Source: Candidatus Latescibacterota bacterium (lineage in GTDB: Bacteria; Latescibacterota; UBA2968; UBA8231). From it: a stretch of 64,000 bases of DNA. The stretch spans positions 160,001 to 224,000 of the forward strand of contig CBDAOB010000003.1 in the NCBI GenBank assembly GCA_965197905.1, read 5' to 3'. Position numbers and translations under genes: made by a program. The notes beneath the pieces are model-generated. The model was not told where the DNA came from. It saw only the letters and a list, made by a program, of their open reading frames with translations, and did not search any database. Shown here piece by piece: positions 32,170-41,750 of the stretch; within the stretch, counting starts at the first letter, position 1, and the number at the start of each line of letters is the position of its first letter.

Positions 32170-33258
32170 ATGGTGAGTTCTCGCGCGTAAAGCATCGGTC
32201 GCTTGTTCGACTATTCCAAGCCCAGAATCTACAACTTTAGTCCGCCATGACATATTTTGGGGACAGAAACACTCCAAGAGCTCTCGTTTTGAAGAATGGT
32301 AGCTTGCGCTCTCTGCAGATCCATAGTGATGAGCACGATTCTCAGATCGGATCGCGCCCAGGACACGGACGACGCCGTAGGTTCCGAATTCTGCGCAGGC
32401 AGTTCGGTAATCAAGCGATCTGAAATGGTGCTGCATCCACGCGTCGAACAAGCCAGAGGCCACATAGGCCGTGGAATCGGAATCTGCTTTGATCAATGCA
32501 TCAATGTGATTGGCGCCAAAGGTGTTGGCGTACCAACTGCAGCCGGGTGAATCTGAGGATTCGTTCAGCAGCAATTTGTATGTTCCGAATGGGCCGAGCC
32601 CGCTGTGGATGTCGATGTGAATGACCTTCTGAGCCGTGCCTATCCAAGAGTCGCAGTTGTCGGATACGATTCGGGCTGATTCACATGGACGGTTTCCGCC
32701 AAAGAAAATTCCGCGGGGAAACTCGTACTGCCCACCTGCCACCGACTGCTTGAGTTTCTGGAGGCCATAACGCCAGATGTTCCAGAGCGCCTTCAGCTTG
32801 AACGGTTCAAATTTGGAAGGTGGCGATTCCGGATTCAGAAACTCGTTTAGGTTCGCGTAGCCCTCTGGTGCCCCCTTGTAATCACCCGCGTCTTCCACAA
32901 AGTTGCGGTTCAGATCGACATTGTTCTCGTTGAACCGCCTAAGACGCGAAAACCCGAATGGGTTCACAGCGTGAATGAAGACATACCGAATGTCGGGCTC
33001 CAAATTCGTTTTACCGAGCCGCTCAAGGAATGCCAGTTGTACCGCCGACCCCAAGAAGCCCTCAACCCCGTGGACGCCAGACGAAGTGACTACGGTCGGA
33101 GCGCCATTCGCACCGAGTATGGCGACATCGATTGCTAGCTCCTCTTGACACCTTGCGTTAATCTGATGCGAAGTGACACTTGCGCCAACCGCTGCTGCTG
33201 CATCTTTGAACCGGGATCGCGCTTCCGCGTATGTTTTGGAGAAATGAGAAGCGCTCAT
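32164..33258 (-). CDS. DUF2817/M14-like metallocarboxypeptidase (cassette)
   Basis: SGVHGVEG, NPFG..RRFNENNVDLNRNF, DIHSG, EFGT. Confidence 0.85.
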   Translation of the reverse strand: MSASHFSKTYAEARSRFKDAAAAVGASVTSHQINARCQEELAIDVAILGANGAPTVVTSSGVHGVEGFLGSAVQLAFLERLGKTNLEPDIRYVFIHAVNPFGFSRLRRFNENNVDLNRNFVEDAGDYKGAPEGYANLNEFLNPESPPSKFEPFKLKALWNIWRYGLQKLKQSVAGGQYEFPRGIFFGGNRPCESARIVSDNCDSWIGTAQKVIHIDIHSGLGPFGTYKLLLNESSDSPGCSWYANTFGANHIDALIKADSDSTAYVASGLFDAWMQHHFRSLDYRTACAEFGTYGVVRVLGAIRSENRAHHYGSAESASYHSSKRELLECFCPQNMSWRTKVVDSGLGIVEQATDALRARTHHA

Positions 33259-33273
33259 CTTTACTCTCTCAGT

Positions 33274-33334
33274 GCAGAACGTCACGGATCAGTCGATACC
33301 ACGCTGCCGCGTCGGCTGCAATGACTGGTTATGC
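33274..33334 (-). other. attC site
   Basis: GCATAAC-CAGTC-ATTGCAGCCGA...TCGACTGAT-CCGTGAC-GTTCTGC; the upstream gene's TAA lies in the inverse core. Confidence 0.85.
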
Positions 33335-33760
33335 AGTTTGAGGTCTCTTTCCGCGGGCAAGGATGCCTCCAAGGAATCCCATTGGAATGTACGCCAGCAG
33401 AAGGTCGGACACGTTGAACCACACCGGACCGCCGAGCATGCTGGCCGCCGTCACGCCACCAATCAGAAAAAGCACGCCTATGCAAATTGCGAACTTCATG
33501 TGGTGGGTCGCCGCGAGCTTGGCAGCGATGAAAGCACCGGAAAGCGTTCCGATCGCGTGAGCCAGGAACGGAAAAATGAAGTTCACGGGCATAAACAATT
33601 TCATGCTTTCGCTGAGGTTTTGCATTGTGGATACGTCAGCGCCCTCAGGAAGCGGAACCACTGATGGGCCAATGTTGATCAGTCCCATATTGACCAGGCT
33701 GCCGACGACAAAACCGGAAATTACCGCCAGAATATTTCTCACGATGGGATTCACGATCAA
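33329..33760 (-). CDS. Hypothetical membrane protein (cassette)
   Basis: About four hydrophobic segments; FPFLAHAIGT. Confidence 0.8.
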   Translation of the reverse strand: MIVNPIVRNILAVISGFVVGSLVNMGLINIGPSVVPLPEGADVSTMQNLSESMKLFMPVNFIFPFLAHAIGTLSGAFIAAKLAATHHMKFAICIGVLFLIGGVTAASMLGGPVWFNVSDLLLAYIPMGFLGGILARGKRPQTA

Positions 33761-33906
33761 ACAAGTCCCGTTAAAAGTGTGATTGTAGTTTTGGAAATAC
33801 GAGCCTTCTCTACTGAACAGACAATTGATCTTCTTGCACGTCTATCCTTCTCTATCCGGCCTTTATAAACGTAGGTGCGAATTTTTACTTTCAGCATATC
33901 TACGAT

Positions 33907-35376
33907 TCATTGTGATAAGTGGGGCGGAAGACGATGCTGGGTAAACTGCTCGTAACCGTAACCGACTTGCAGAAGAGAGGCTTCCGAATACGGTCGCCCA
34001 AGTAGCTGTAATCCAACGGGCAGCCCCGACCCTACAAACCCCATTGGCACGTTGAGAGCGGGGAACCCAGTCAGCGAAGCGAAGTGGTTGTTCGAACCAA
34101 CGGAGGCTTCGCTTCCCACCTGTTGTCCCTTAATTCTCGCGTTTAGGACAGGTGGGAAGCGAAAGGTTGGAAAGATGAGTGCATCGAGCGAACTCTGGCT
34201 CATCAACTCCATGAATGCATAACGGTATTGATCTCTGATTTGGTGCATCTGTTTGAGCCTTGGATGCTCCTCCGGACGGTATGGCCACATCATTGAGATC
34301 TTAAGTTCGTCGACATACCGGTCCAGAACCATACCCGTCTGAAGTATTTCCTCAAGAGAGCGTGCGGGCGAGTGGGCACCCATCCGTTTGAGAAATCCAT
34401 CCAGATCGAATCGAAATCGTAGGTACCAATCGAATGCATCAAATGCCAATGTGAACACATTGGTTTCAATTGGGTCGATGACTTTGACTCCTATTGATTC
34501 CAGGTCGGACACGGCGGCATCCAAAAGCTCGATGACCCTCGTATCGCTATCAGATGGCTTGGCGAGCTGACGAAGCACGCCCACCCGCATCTCTGAGGTC
34601 GATCTATCAGTCAATTGTTGGGTGTATCGCTTGTGTTTCTGATCAAGAGATTCTCCAGTCATAGCATCCAGTATGATCGCTAGATCGGTAACTGTTCGGG
34701 TCATGGGGCCGACTGTGTCCCAGTCCGCATTCATCGGCATGACTCCATCCATTTCGATCAGACCATGAGTAGGCCGGAGCCCAACCAAGCCGTTGATAGA
34801 AGACGGTGCTCTCACGGAACAGCCAGTGTCTGTTCCCAATCCGGCGACACAATAGCCAGCCGCAATCGCAACACCAGTGCCACCACTAGAGCCACCAGCA
34901 GCGTAGTCATAGTTATATGGATTACGGGTAGGGCCTTGAATTACTGAATTCTCCGTGTCGTGCATACCCCATGCGAATTCAGACATAGAGGACTTACCGA
35001 GAATAATTGCTCCCGCTTTTTTAAGTCTTTCGACAACACGAGCATCTGATTTCGGAAGAAGCTCACAAAGTGCGGCACAGCCACCCGTTGTGGGGAACCC
35101 CATGACGTTGATGTTGTCCTTGATGACTATAGGCACTCCATGAAGCGGACGTAATGAACCCCTGTCTGCAAGCTCACGGTCAAGGGCATTGGCACGCTCT
35201 TGGGCATCGTTAGCAACTGCGATCATTGCATTGAGGGTTGGACCTTGGCGGTCAAGCCGTTCAATTCGCTCCAGACTTGATTCAACGAAACTAAGTACAC
35301 TGAGCTGGCCTTGCTTGTATTTGGATAACAGATCGGCAATACTTAATTCTACTATTTGGTTATTGTGGATTAACAT
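33907..35376 (-). CDS. Amidase-signature family enzyme
   Basis: KDNI, GGSSGG, GTDTGCSVR (Lys-cisSer-Ser triad). Confidence 0.92.
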   Translation of the reverse strand: MLIHNNQIVELSIADLLSKYKQGQLSVLSFVESSLERIERLDRQGPTLNAMIAVANDAQERANALDRELADRGSLRPLHGVPIVIKDNINVMGFPTTGGCAALCELLPKSDARVVERLKKAGAIILGKSSMSEFAWGMHDTENSVIQGPTRNPYNYDYAAGGSSGGTGVAIAAGYCVAGLGTDTGCSVRAPSSINGLVGLRPTHGLIEMDGVMPMNADWDTVGPMTRTVTDLAIILDAMTGESLDQKHKRYTQQLTDRSTSEMRVGVLRQLAKPSDSDTRVIELLDAAVSDLESIGVKVIDPIETNVFTLAFDAFDWYLRFRFDLDGFLKRMGAHSPARSLEEILQTGMVLDRYVDELKISMMWPYRPEEHPRLKQMHQIRDQYRYAFMELMSQSSLDALIFPTFRFPPVLNARIKGQQVGSEASVGSNNHFASLTGFPALNVPMGFVGSGLPVGLQLLGRPYSEASLLQVGYGYEQFTQHRLPPHLSQ

Positions 35377-35493
35377 GGTGCGGCTCTTTTAGGGTGCTTT
35401 GGACATGACTTTGGAAATGATGATATGCTAGGCAAGATTCAAGGCATGAACCCATTCGCTAGTTTACAATGTTTGCAATCGAAGCGGAACCAT

Positions 35494-35892
35494 TCATTCA
35501 ATGGACCCCCGGTCAATGGACTCTCGGTAAGCGCGCCAGCTGCCGAATTCGGTGATCTCTTTGTGCCCCTCGCAAAGGACGGGTTCGCCAATGACCCCCA
35601 ATACGCGTTCGCCGTTAGCAAGTTCTACTTTACCGACGCTGAGTCCAACTGATTCGCGATTCAAAATGGCGACAAATCCAGACGCTGTCAGCTGCCACAC
35701 TTCAAGTGCTATGGCTGCACCGCCTTTGTTGACCTGAACCATGGCAGGAAACTGATCGTCGATAGACCAAAGGCGGTAACGGTTGGCCGTTTGGTCGTTG
35801 CGAAGGAACTCGCCACCTGCGTCCAACATGGCCTGGTTACTGCGCATACCGCTCATTAATCCACCGTTTACTGCAAGCTGTATTCGGTCCAT
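35494..35892 (-). CDS. Allophanate-hydrolase C-terminal-domain-like (GGCT-like) protein
   Basis: LAVNG.LMSG, YRLW, PAMV, EVW, GKVELANG...E. Confidence 0.75.
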   Translation of the reverse strand: MDRIQLAVNGGLMSGMRSNQAMLDAGGEFLRNDQTANRYRLWSIDDQFPAMVQVNKGGAAIALEVWQLTASGFVAILNRESVGLSVGKVELANGERVLGVIGEPVLCEGHKEITEFGSWRAYRESIDRGSIE

Positions 35893-36046
35893 ATGTAAAT
35901 CTCCTCTCATCATTCTTTGCTAATAACCTTGGGGCCGTAAACACCCGAGGAAGCTGCCACCGTGAAGACAACCGCCGCTGGAGTTGGATTTATGTTGAGT
36001 CGTCTACCCCCACAGCAGAGACACGGTGGAGTGGCCGATGGAGGGC

Positions 36047-36880
36047 CTAGTCCTTCGGAAGGTGGTCCAGCAGCCAGATGCGCTCTTCGTCAGATAACGG
36101 GCCACGCCGTGCGCTCTCGACGTTCGGTCGGACCCATTCGGGCTTGCGCATGGCCACGATAAGTCGGTCCACGTGCGGGCTGTACAGCGCGTAGCGGAGC
36201 ATCAGATCCGCCACATGGGCTCGGAATCCCGCATCGCCGGCGCGGCCCTCAGCGTCCACGATGCGGTCCAGGGTCCACCCTCGGCCAAACGGCGAGCAGG
36301 CGATGTTCAACCACCCCAGCTTTCGGCAGGCTTCGAAGACACCTGTGGCATCCTTGGCGACGCTGTGCGGTTGTACCTGGAAGTCGTACGGGTTGTCGTG
36401 TCCAAGGACCCTCTCTGCGTCGCTTCCAGGCATATGCCTGCCGAGCATCCGGATCCGTCCCTCTTCCTTCCACCGAGTGGCCACTGCCACCTGCTCCGGC
36501 TCGCGCTCCGGGCAGTCGCGCGTGGCACTCGGATTGACCACCACTGCGTCAACGCAGTCGCTCTGCAGGTCTTCCTGCATGATATTGAGGTGGTGCGGCT
36601 CCAGGGGTACCGGGTAATCGGACTCGTCCTCTGGACCAAAGATCCCGAAGTGGCTCCAGCAGGCGACGGTGGCCTCTTCTCGGCGTCCCAGGCTCGCAAG
36701 GGCGGCGCCCAGTGCAATCCGCTCCGGTTTGAAGGTGGTGTCGAACCAGCGGATCCCTTCGTCGAGGCAGGCGGCCACGATCTCTATCACGACGCCGGCA
36801 TCGGGGATGGGGTCGTTACCCAGTTGCTGGACAAATGAGTGGCCGCCGAGCATCAGGGGGAGTTCATCACGTTGTTTCAT
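36047..36880 (-). CDS. Aldo/keto reductase-like protein (cassette)
   Basis: GIRWFDTT, GRIRMLG, CSPFGRG, MLRYAL. Confidence 0.75.
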   Translation of the reverse strand: MKQRDELPLMLGGHSFVQQLGNDPIPDAGVVIEIVAACLDEGIRWFDTTFKPERIALGAALASLGRREEATVACWSHFGIFGPEDESDYPVPLEPHHLNIMQEDLQSDCVDAVVVNPSATRDCPEREPEQVAVATRWKEEGRIRMLGRHMPGSDAERVLGHDNPYDFQVQPHSVAKDATGVFEACRKLGWLNIACSPFGRGWTLDRIVDAEGRAGDAGFRAHVADLMLRYALYSPHVDRLIVAMRKPEWVRPNVESARRGPLSDEERIWLLDHLPKD

Positions 36881-36966
36881 GGCGCAACCCTTTCGAATCT
36901 ACGAAGCCTGAATCTACGGATCTCGAATCTGCGGCATCGACCTCCATTTACCCAATAGGTTTATCC

Positions 36967-37022
36967 GCCTCACGCACAATTGACCGGCAGCTTCGCTGTC
37001 CGTGTCCAATTGCTTGTTAGAT
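36967..37022 (-). other. attC site (core altered to GTG)
   Basis: ATCTAAC-AAGC-AATTGGAC...GTCAATT-GTGC-GTGAGGC. Confidence 0.8.
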
Positions 37023-37081
37023 CCTTGGGGGCACGAAGTACATCCTGCTTTATTCTTCAGAGCCGAAATCCTGGCTCGCCG

Positions 37082-37888
37082 TTAATCCAGTGGCAGACTC
37101 GCCTCGAAGCGCTCGACTTCAGGAAAGATGGTCTTTCCGCGGAGTAGGCGTCCCAGGCGTGGCTCGTGATCGTTGTAGACCTCCACGGCATCCGCATCGG
37201 CATACCGAAAAAATAAGATGCGCCGGTCACGATCTTTTGATTGGTTGCCCTCTGAGCGATGTATCATGTGACAGTGGAAGAACAAACATTCACCGGCCTT
37301 CATCGGGAGAGGAATCCCGCGGCCTTCGTCAATTTCCAATTCAACGGGACGCAAGGCATGGCGATCCTCATCGGAGAGCTTGAAATCCGTTTGACCCTCT
37401 TTGTGGCTGCCGGGTATTAGCCATAAGCAGCCGTTTTCGAGGTCCGCGTCATCTAAAGCGGTCAGGCAGCTGATGGCGTTGTAGGGATCCAGCTCACCGT
37501 AGGCATTGTCTTGGTGCCAGGCGAACGGCATCGTATTGCCGCGCAGTTTAAAGGTCAATTGTGAAGTCGCGGCCTTGATGTTCGGCCCGATTAACTGCTC
37601 GGCAATGTTTACCATCGGCCCGCTGAAATAATACTTGCGGACCACCTCACATCGGTGATGGATGTCGGGCAAGAGGGCGTTCTGAAGCCATGTCTTGCTC
37701 GGGTTAAAGGGACCCTTCCCAGCGATCCAGGCTTCCATGACCTGATCCAGCATCTGCTGCAATCCACTTTTCGTCAGGATCCTTCCCACATTCAAATAGC
37801 CCTGCTCGCAGTAGCGCTCCAATTGCTGACCTGTGAGCTTGGGATAGGTGAATAGGTCGGGATGTCGTCGAGTAGAGGATTCGGTCAT
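37082..37888 (-). CDS. PhyH-family dioxygenase (cassette)
   Basis: WHQDNAY, ALDD..ENGCLWLIPGSH, HRSEGN. Confidence 0.92.
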   Translation of the reverse strand: MTESSTRRHPDLFTYPKLTGQQLERYCEQGYLNVGRILTKSGLQQMLDQVMEAWIAGKGPFNPSKTWLQNALLPDIHHRCEVVRKYYFSGPMVNIAEQLIGPNIKAATSQLTFKLRGNTMPFAWHQDNAYGELDPYNAISCLTALDDADLENGCLWLIPGSHKEGQTDFKLSDEDRHALRPVELEIDEGRGIPLPMKAGECLFFHCHMIHRSEGNQSKDRDRRILFFRYADADAVEVYNDHEPRLGRLLRGKTIFPEVERFEASLPLD

Positions 37889-37905
37889 CGGCGTTAACCT
37901 TTCGG

Positions 37906-38018
37906 ATCTAACGCGGCAATAAGCAGCGCGGATTGTGCCTCGGCGTCAACTGCCTTCTAGGCCCCCAGAGGCCACTGAAAATCGCCATACCCTGTTGGTT
38001 GGTCTGCTCGATTGTTCA
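37906..38018 (-). other. attC site (eroded left end; same family as 41616-41737)
   Basis: AATCGAGCAG...CTGCTTATT-GCCGC-GTTAGAT. Confidence 0.7.
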
Positions 38019-38080
38019 TCATTACCATGTGCCACGGCACCCAACCAACTAGAGCTGTTGCAGTTATCTAGCTACTCGAG

Positions 38081-38178
38081 GGGGAACCCTTCTGCTGACC
38101 GCAACTGAGCTCATTTTCATGTTGCCATGTCCATGAACCGGCCTATCTGGCGGCCCCAGTCGCCTGGCTGTGTTATGA
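38081..38178 (-). other. Degenerate attC site
   Basis: TCATAAC contains the upstream stop; GCGACTGGG pairs loosely with CTCAGTTGC; right boundary uncertain. Confidence 0.4.
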
Positions 38179-38798
38179 CGTCTGATAGGTTCCTGCTCTG
38201 AGCCAGCCAGCGCCGAACAGCGTCAGCCCGCAGACCTCTACCCAGAAGATCGTGTCACTCAGATGCAGCAGTTTCCCGATGAAGAATACGCCGGCCATGC
38301 CTACCACCATGAGAATACTCACCCCGAGATAGAAGTACGCTCGCCCAGGTTGCTCCTTATCCATGGCATGTCTATAGAAGAAGTACATCAACCCGATGAG
38401 GCAGGCGAAGAGAAGAACGGCAGCACCATAGTGAAGGGACTTGGGTTCCACGCCAATGGCACCTGTGATTGCCCGAACCCATTCTGCTGGAAGGTCTGTA
38501 CTTGAGAATCCTCGCGTAGGGAACAAGGCGACGCAGGTGGCGAAAACGCCGGCCGCCTTGCCTAGCCAGAATTCCCAGTCCTTTCCCTCTCCTGTGCAGA
38601 CAAGAAAAAGCCGATCGCGATCAGAGCCCCCACGAACACATCTCTCGAATCTGTCCAGTAGGATATGCTGATTGAGGTGAGTTCGGGCTCTCCTGAGAGA
38701 ATCCAAACAACAGGAGCCAGCAAGAGAGCGATTGCACCTACGATGCGGCGCATTGTCTTGTAGTTGATCTGACGCTTCGCTGCTGTATTTGTCTGCAT
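38173..38798 (-). pseudogene. DUF998-like membrane protein cassette, frameshifted near 38595
   Basis: TSISISYWT..RDVFVG in one frame; VALFPT..LHYGAAVLLF..FWVE..FGAGW in another. Confidence 0.7.
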
Positions 38799-39001
38799 GC
38801 TTCTGTCCTCCCTCTTAGTCCTTGGGGCCAATCTCAGTTCTGGATTGCCGAGGTAGTAGCCTTTGGTCCGCGAGTGACCTGGGACCGGCCGACCTTAGTC
38901 TTCCCAACCGCAGGCAAATCGTGTTGGCAGCACCCTCACTGTGCAGGGCGCGCCATGCGCCTCGCGATCATTTCCAGGTCCAGCTGCGATCTCACTGCGC
39001 T

Positions 39002-39063
39002 GCATAACGCCGCGGATCACGCTTCCGCCTCAGGCGGATTGCTGTGCATCCGGCTTGTTCTGC
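39002..39063 (-). other. attC site
   Basis: GCAGAAC-AAGCC-GGATGCAC...GTGATCC-GCGGC-GTTATGC. Confidence 0.88.
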
Positions 39064-40075
39064 GATTCTCTATCGCGGCATCGATGGTTTTTCGTGCGAT
39101 GTCGACCACTCTCATCCCATCGTCAGCGCTGGCCAACAGGTCGGAGCGTCCGGAATCAAGCGCGTGTACCCATTCAGCGTACATTCCTTCGAAACTTTTC
39201 TCGGGGCAATATTCAAAGTCCGTCGTTCCCGAGGCATTGTCCATTCTGAAGCTACTGGCCTCCCGATCATACCGGATCACGCCGTCGGTGCCGATCAATT
39301 CATAGACGAATTCAAACGCCGGGTTCTTCGATGTCTGATGGTATGAGTAGCTCATTTCTACCATTGTGTGGGCACCATTGGCATGGTCCATATGGAGCCA
39401 GACATGGTCCGGGGCTTCATATTCATCGACCCAGGCCCCGTGCCCGTCGAACCGGATCACATCCGAATCAAGCCAGAACATGGCAAGATCGATCTGGTGG
39501 GTTCCACAAGAAAGCAAGGGGCCGCCTTCCAGCATTTGACCTTCGCGCCGCGCCTGGATCGTCGGGTTTCCGCTTGCGTCTGTGACAAACTTCCCGTGGC
39601 AGTTCCAGTTGTAGATCAGGCGAAGGGAACGGACATCGCCGATGGCCTTTGATGCCAACAGTTCTTGAATCTTCAGTGCGCAGGGGCTGAAGCGATAGCA
39701 AAATGCTGTATACAGGGACACGCCGGCCGCGTCTGTAGCCACGATCATCTCGGCGGCCTCGCCGCGATCCATGGCCAGCGGCTTTTCGCAGAGGATTGGA
39801 AGCCCACATCGGGCCGCATCCAACACGTTTTCTTTGTGGCAGGGGGCGGGTGATGCGATAGTTACAGCCTCAATTCCGGAGTCAAAGAACATCCCGGTGT
39901 CGGTAAATGCTTCCGGTATGCCATACGTCTCTTGCATGCGCTCGAGCGCATCGGCGCTGGGATCGTAGACTGCGTGCAAGCTAAGACCGTCTGTTCTCAG
40001 AATGGCCGGTATATGGCCGTAGTCTGCAACGGTACCACAGCCCATCAGTCCGATGCTTCTTGGCTTTCTAGTCAT
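39017..40075 (-). CDS. Gfo/Idh/MocA oxidoreductase (cassette)
   Basis: GLMGCG, LCEKP, GG..GTHQID; the ORF reads into its attC. Confidence 0.9.
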   Translation of the reverse strand: MTRKPRSIGLMGCGTVADYGHIPAILRTDGLSLHAVYDPSADALERMQETYGIPEAFTDTGMFFDSGIEAVTIASPAPCHKENVLDAARCGLPILCEKPLAMDRGEAAEMIVATDAAGVSLYTAFCYRFSPCALKIQELLASKAIGDVRSLRLIYNWNCHGKFVTDASGNPTIQARREGQMLEGGPLLSCGTHQIDLAMFWLDSDVIRFDGHGAWVDEYEAPDHVWLHMDHANGAHTMVEMSYSYHQTSKNPAFEFVYELIGTDGVIRYDREASSFRMDNASGTTDFEYCPEKSFEGMYAEWVHALDSGRSDLLASADDGMRVVDIARKTIDAAIENRRTSRMHSNPPEAEA

Positions 40076-40085
40076 GAGGTCTCCT

Positions 40086-40145
40086 CGTAGACCGTTGCGC
40101 TGCAGCGGCGCGCGCTAGCGTGTCCACTGCAGCGGTTAGTTAGGC
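40086..40145 (-). other. attC site (core altered to GGT)
   Basis: GCCTAAC-TAACC-GCTGCAGTGG...CCGCTGCAGC-GCAAC-GGTCTAC. Confidence 0.75.
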
Positions 40146-40646
40146 TACGAATTCGATCCGATCGCCCCACCGCGTACTGACTAGGCCAACTTTCTCAAAG
40201 TCTAAAGACCTCAACAGATTTATGGAGGAGGAATTTTCCGCGTGCGTTTGGGCAACCACGGCCCGAGCACCCAATTCCTCTTTTGCGTAGTCTCGCACTG
40301 CGCAAATCGCCTCCGAAGCGATCCCACGACGTCGCCAGCTTGGGATTATAGCATAGCTCAGTGCGGGTTTCTCCAATTTGGCATTGTGCAACGCAATGAA
40401 ACCAACGAACGGGGCCGATTCTGGCACCTGGATCGACCAATACAAATGTTCGCCGGTGAGAGATCGTTCCCGGTTAAGGCGAAGTCTCTCAGGCAGTTCC
40501 TCGGCCGAAATTGGACTGAGTACGTAGGACAGAGTATCCTGGTCAGATACAAGCTCGCTGTAGCCTGTGGCATCTGCATCCTCCATTTCACGCAGTAGGA
40601 GCCGACTCGTTTGTAAAATGGGAAACGATCTCAAATCGGATATCAA
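40140..40646 (-). CDS. RimJ/RimL-like GNAT acetyltransferase (cassette)
   Basis: LQTSRLLLRE, WRRRGIASEA, ENSSSINLL. Confidence 0.85.
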   Translation of the reverse strand: MISDLRSFPILQTSRLLLREMEDADATGYSELVSDQDTLSYVLSPISAEELPERLRLNRERSLTGEHLYWSIQVPESAPFVGFIALHNAKLEKPALSYAIIPSWRRRGIASEAICAVRDYAKEELGARAVVAQTHAENSSSINLLRSLDFEKVGLVSTRWGDRIEFVA

Positions 40647-40661
40647 AACCTAATTGCTGCT

Positions 40662-40722
40662 ACCTAACGCCTCGCATCAGCGGCTGGCCGGTAGGCCCGT
40701 CCGCTGCATGCGCTTGTTATAT
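40662..40722 (-). other. attC site (canonical)
   Basis: ATATAAC-AAGCG-CATGCAGCGG...CCGCTGATG-CGAGGC-GTTAGGT. Confidence 0.93.
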
Positions 40723-40773
40723 GGCAGCCTGGAAGTCGCGATAATGCCAAGTCGAAAATTGAATTATTCTTTG

Positions 40774-41595
40774 TCACGACGGGTTTGTTTTTCTAACATC
40801 CGAATATCTTTTGGATTGCTGCTTCGCAGCGGCCTCAAAGCTTCTTAATGCGTCGGCATCCAGGTCTGAGCGGGGAGGTCGGTTGAAGGTGAATCGGGAT
40901 TCATCCACGTTGCCTCGAAGAGGCATCGCGGAATCCTCATATCCTGGCAAAGGACCAACCTCTGAGCTCGCATAATTTAGCACGACCCCCAATCGCCAGG
41001 CGTCTGATTGGTTGTGCCCGGACCGATGCAGGGTCAGCGTATGATGAAATGCAGCCTGACCCGGTTGAAGGTTGATGTCGAATACATCAGCATCAATTAT
41101 CGGTGTCGTCACCCGCTGACCACGCTTTAACATGCTGGTTTCATCGAAGGTTTTTTCGTGAGGCAGCTGTCCAGTTAAGTGCGATCCCGCCACCATTTGC
41201 ATTCCACCACATGACTGATCGACCGACGACAGAGCGACCCAGGCAGAAACGATTTGGTCGGTCGGGCTCACTGGCCAGTAAGTGGCATCCTGATGCCAGC
41301 CGAAGTGTTTTTTTGTATTAGGTGGCTTAGCCGGCAGTAAAGCGTTCCAAAGTAAAATATTTGGGCCGATCAAATCTTCCACAACGTTGAGGAGCGATTC
41401 TTCTGAGGCCAGCTCTGAAACCCACGTCAGAATTAATTCGGTTCGATAGTATGTCCATTCCGAATAGTTTGGATGGGAATGATACGAATCAATGAAAGCC
41501 TTATACCGTTCAGAATAATACTTGACTCTTTCCGGTGATAGCATATCGATTGCAGAGATGAAACCGCGCTGTTCGAATTCGTTTCGTATGCTCAT
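40774..41595 (-). CDS. PhyH-family dioxygenase (cassette)
   Basis: WHQDATYW, AWVAL, VAGSH, HRSGHN. Confidence 0.92.
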   Translation of the reverse strand: MSIRNEFEQRGFISAIDMLSPERVKYYSERYKAFIDSYHSHPNYSEWTYYRTELILTWVSELASEESLLNVVEDLIGPNILLWNALLPAKPPNTKKHFGWHQDATYWPVSPTDQIVSAWVALSSVDQSCGGMQMVAGSHLTGQLPHEKTFDETSMLKRGQRVTTPIIDADVFDINLQPGQAAFHHTLTLHRSGHNQSDAWRLGVVLNYASSEVGPLPGYEDSAMPLRGNVDESRFTFNRPPRSDLDADALRSFEAAAKQQSKRYSDVRKTNPS

Positions 41596-41615
41596 CTTGC
41601 TTCAGTTCGAATTAA

Positions 41616-41737
41616 GCCATTTACTAGTAGCAATGAGCAGCGCTGATTGTGCTGTGCTACAACGGCCCTGTTGGTAGCGCGAGCCACTGAAAACTGCCAG
41701 AGCACTGTTGGGTTGTCTGCTCGATTGCATGTTATGC
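41616..41737 (-). other. attC site (core eroded)
   Basis: GCATAAC-ATGC-AATCGAGCAG...CTGCTCATT-GCTACTA-GTAAATGGC. Confidence 0.7.
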
Positions 41738-41750
41738 TTCACCCAAGCTA

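Noticed and set aside
35919..36002. attC between the AKR and allophanate-C-like genes
   Set aside because: AAC and GTT ends exist but the arms show no convincing complementarity.
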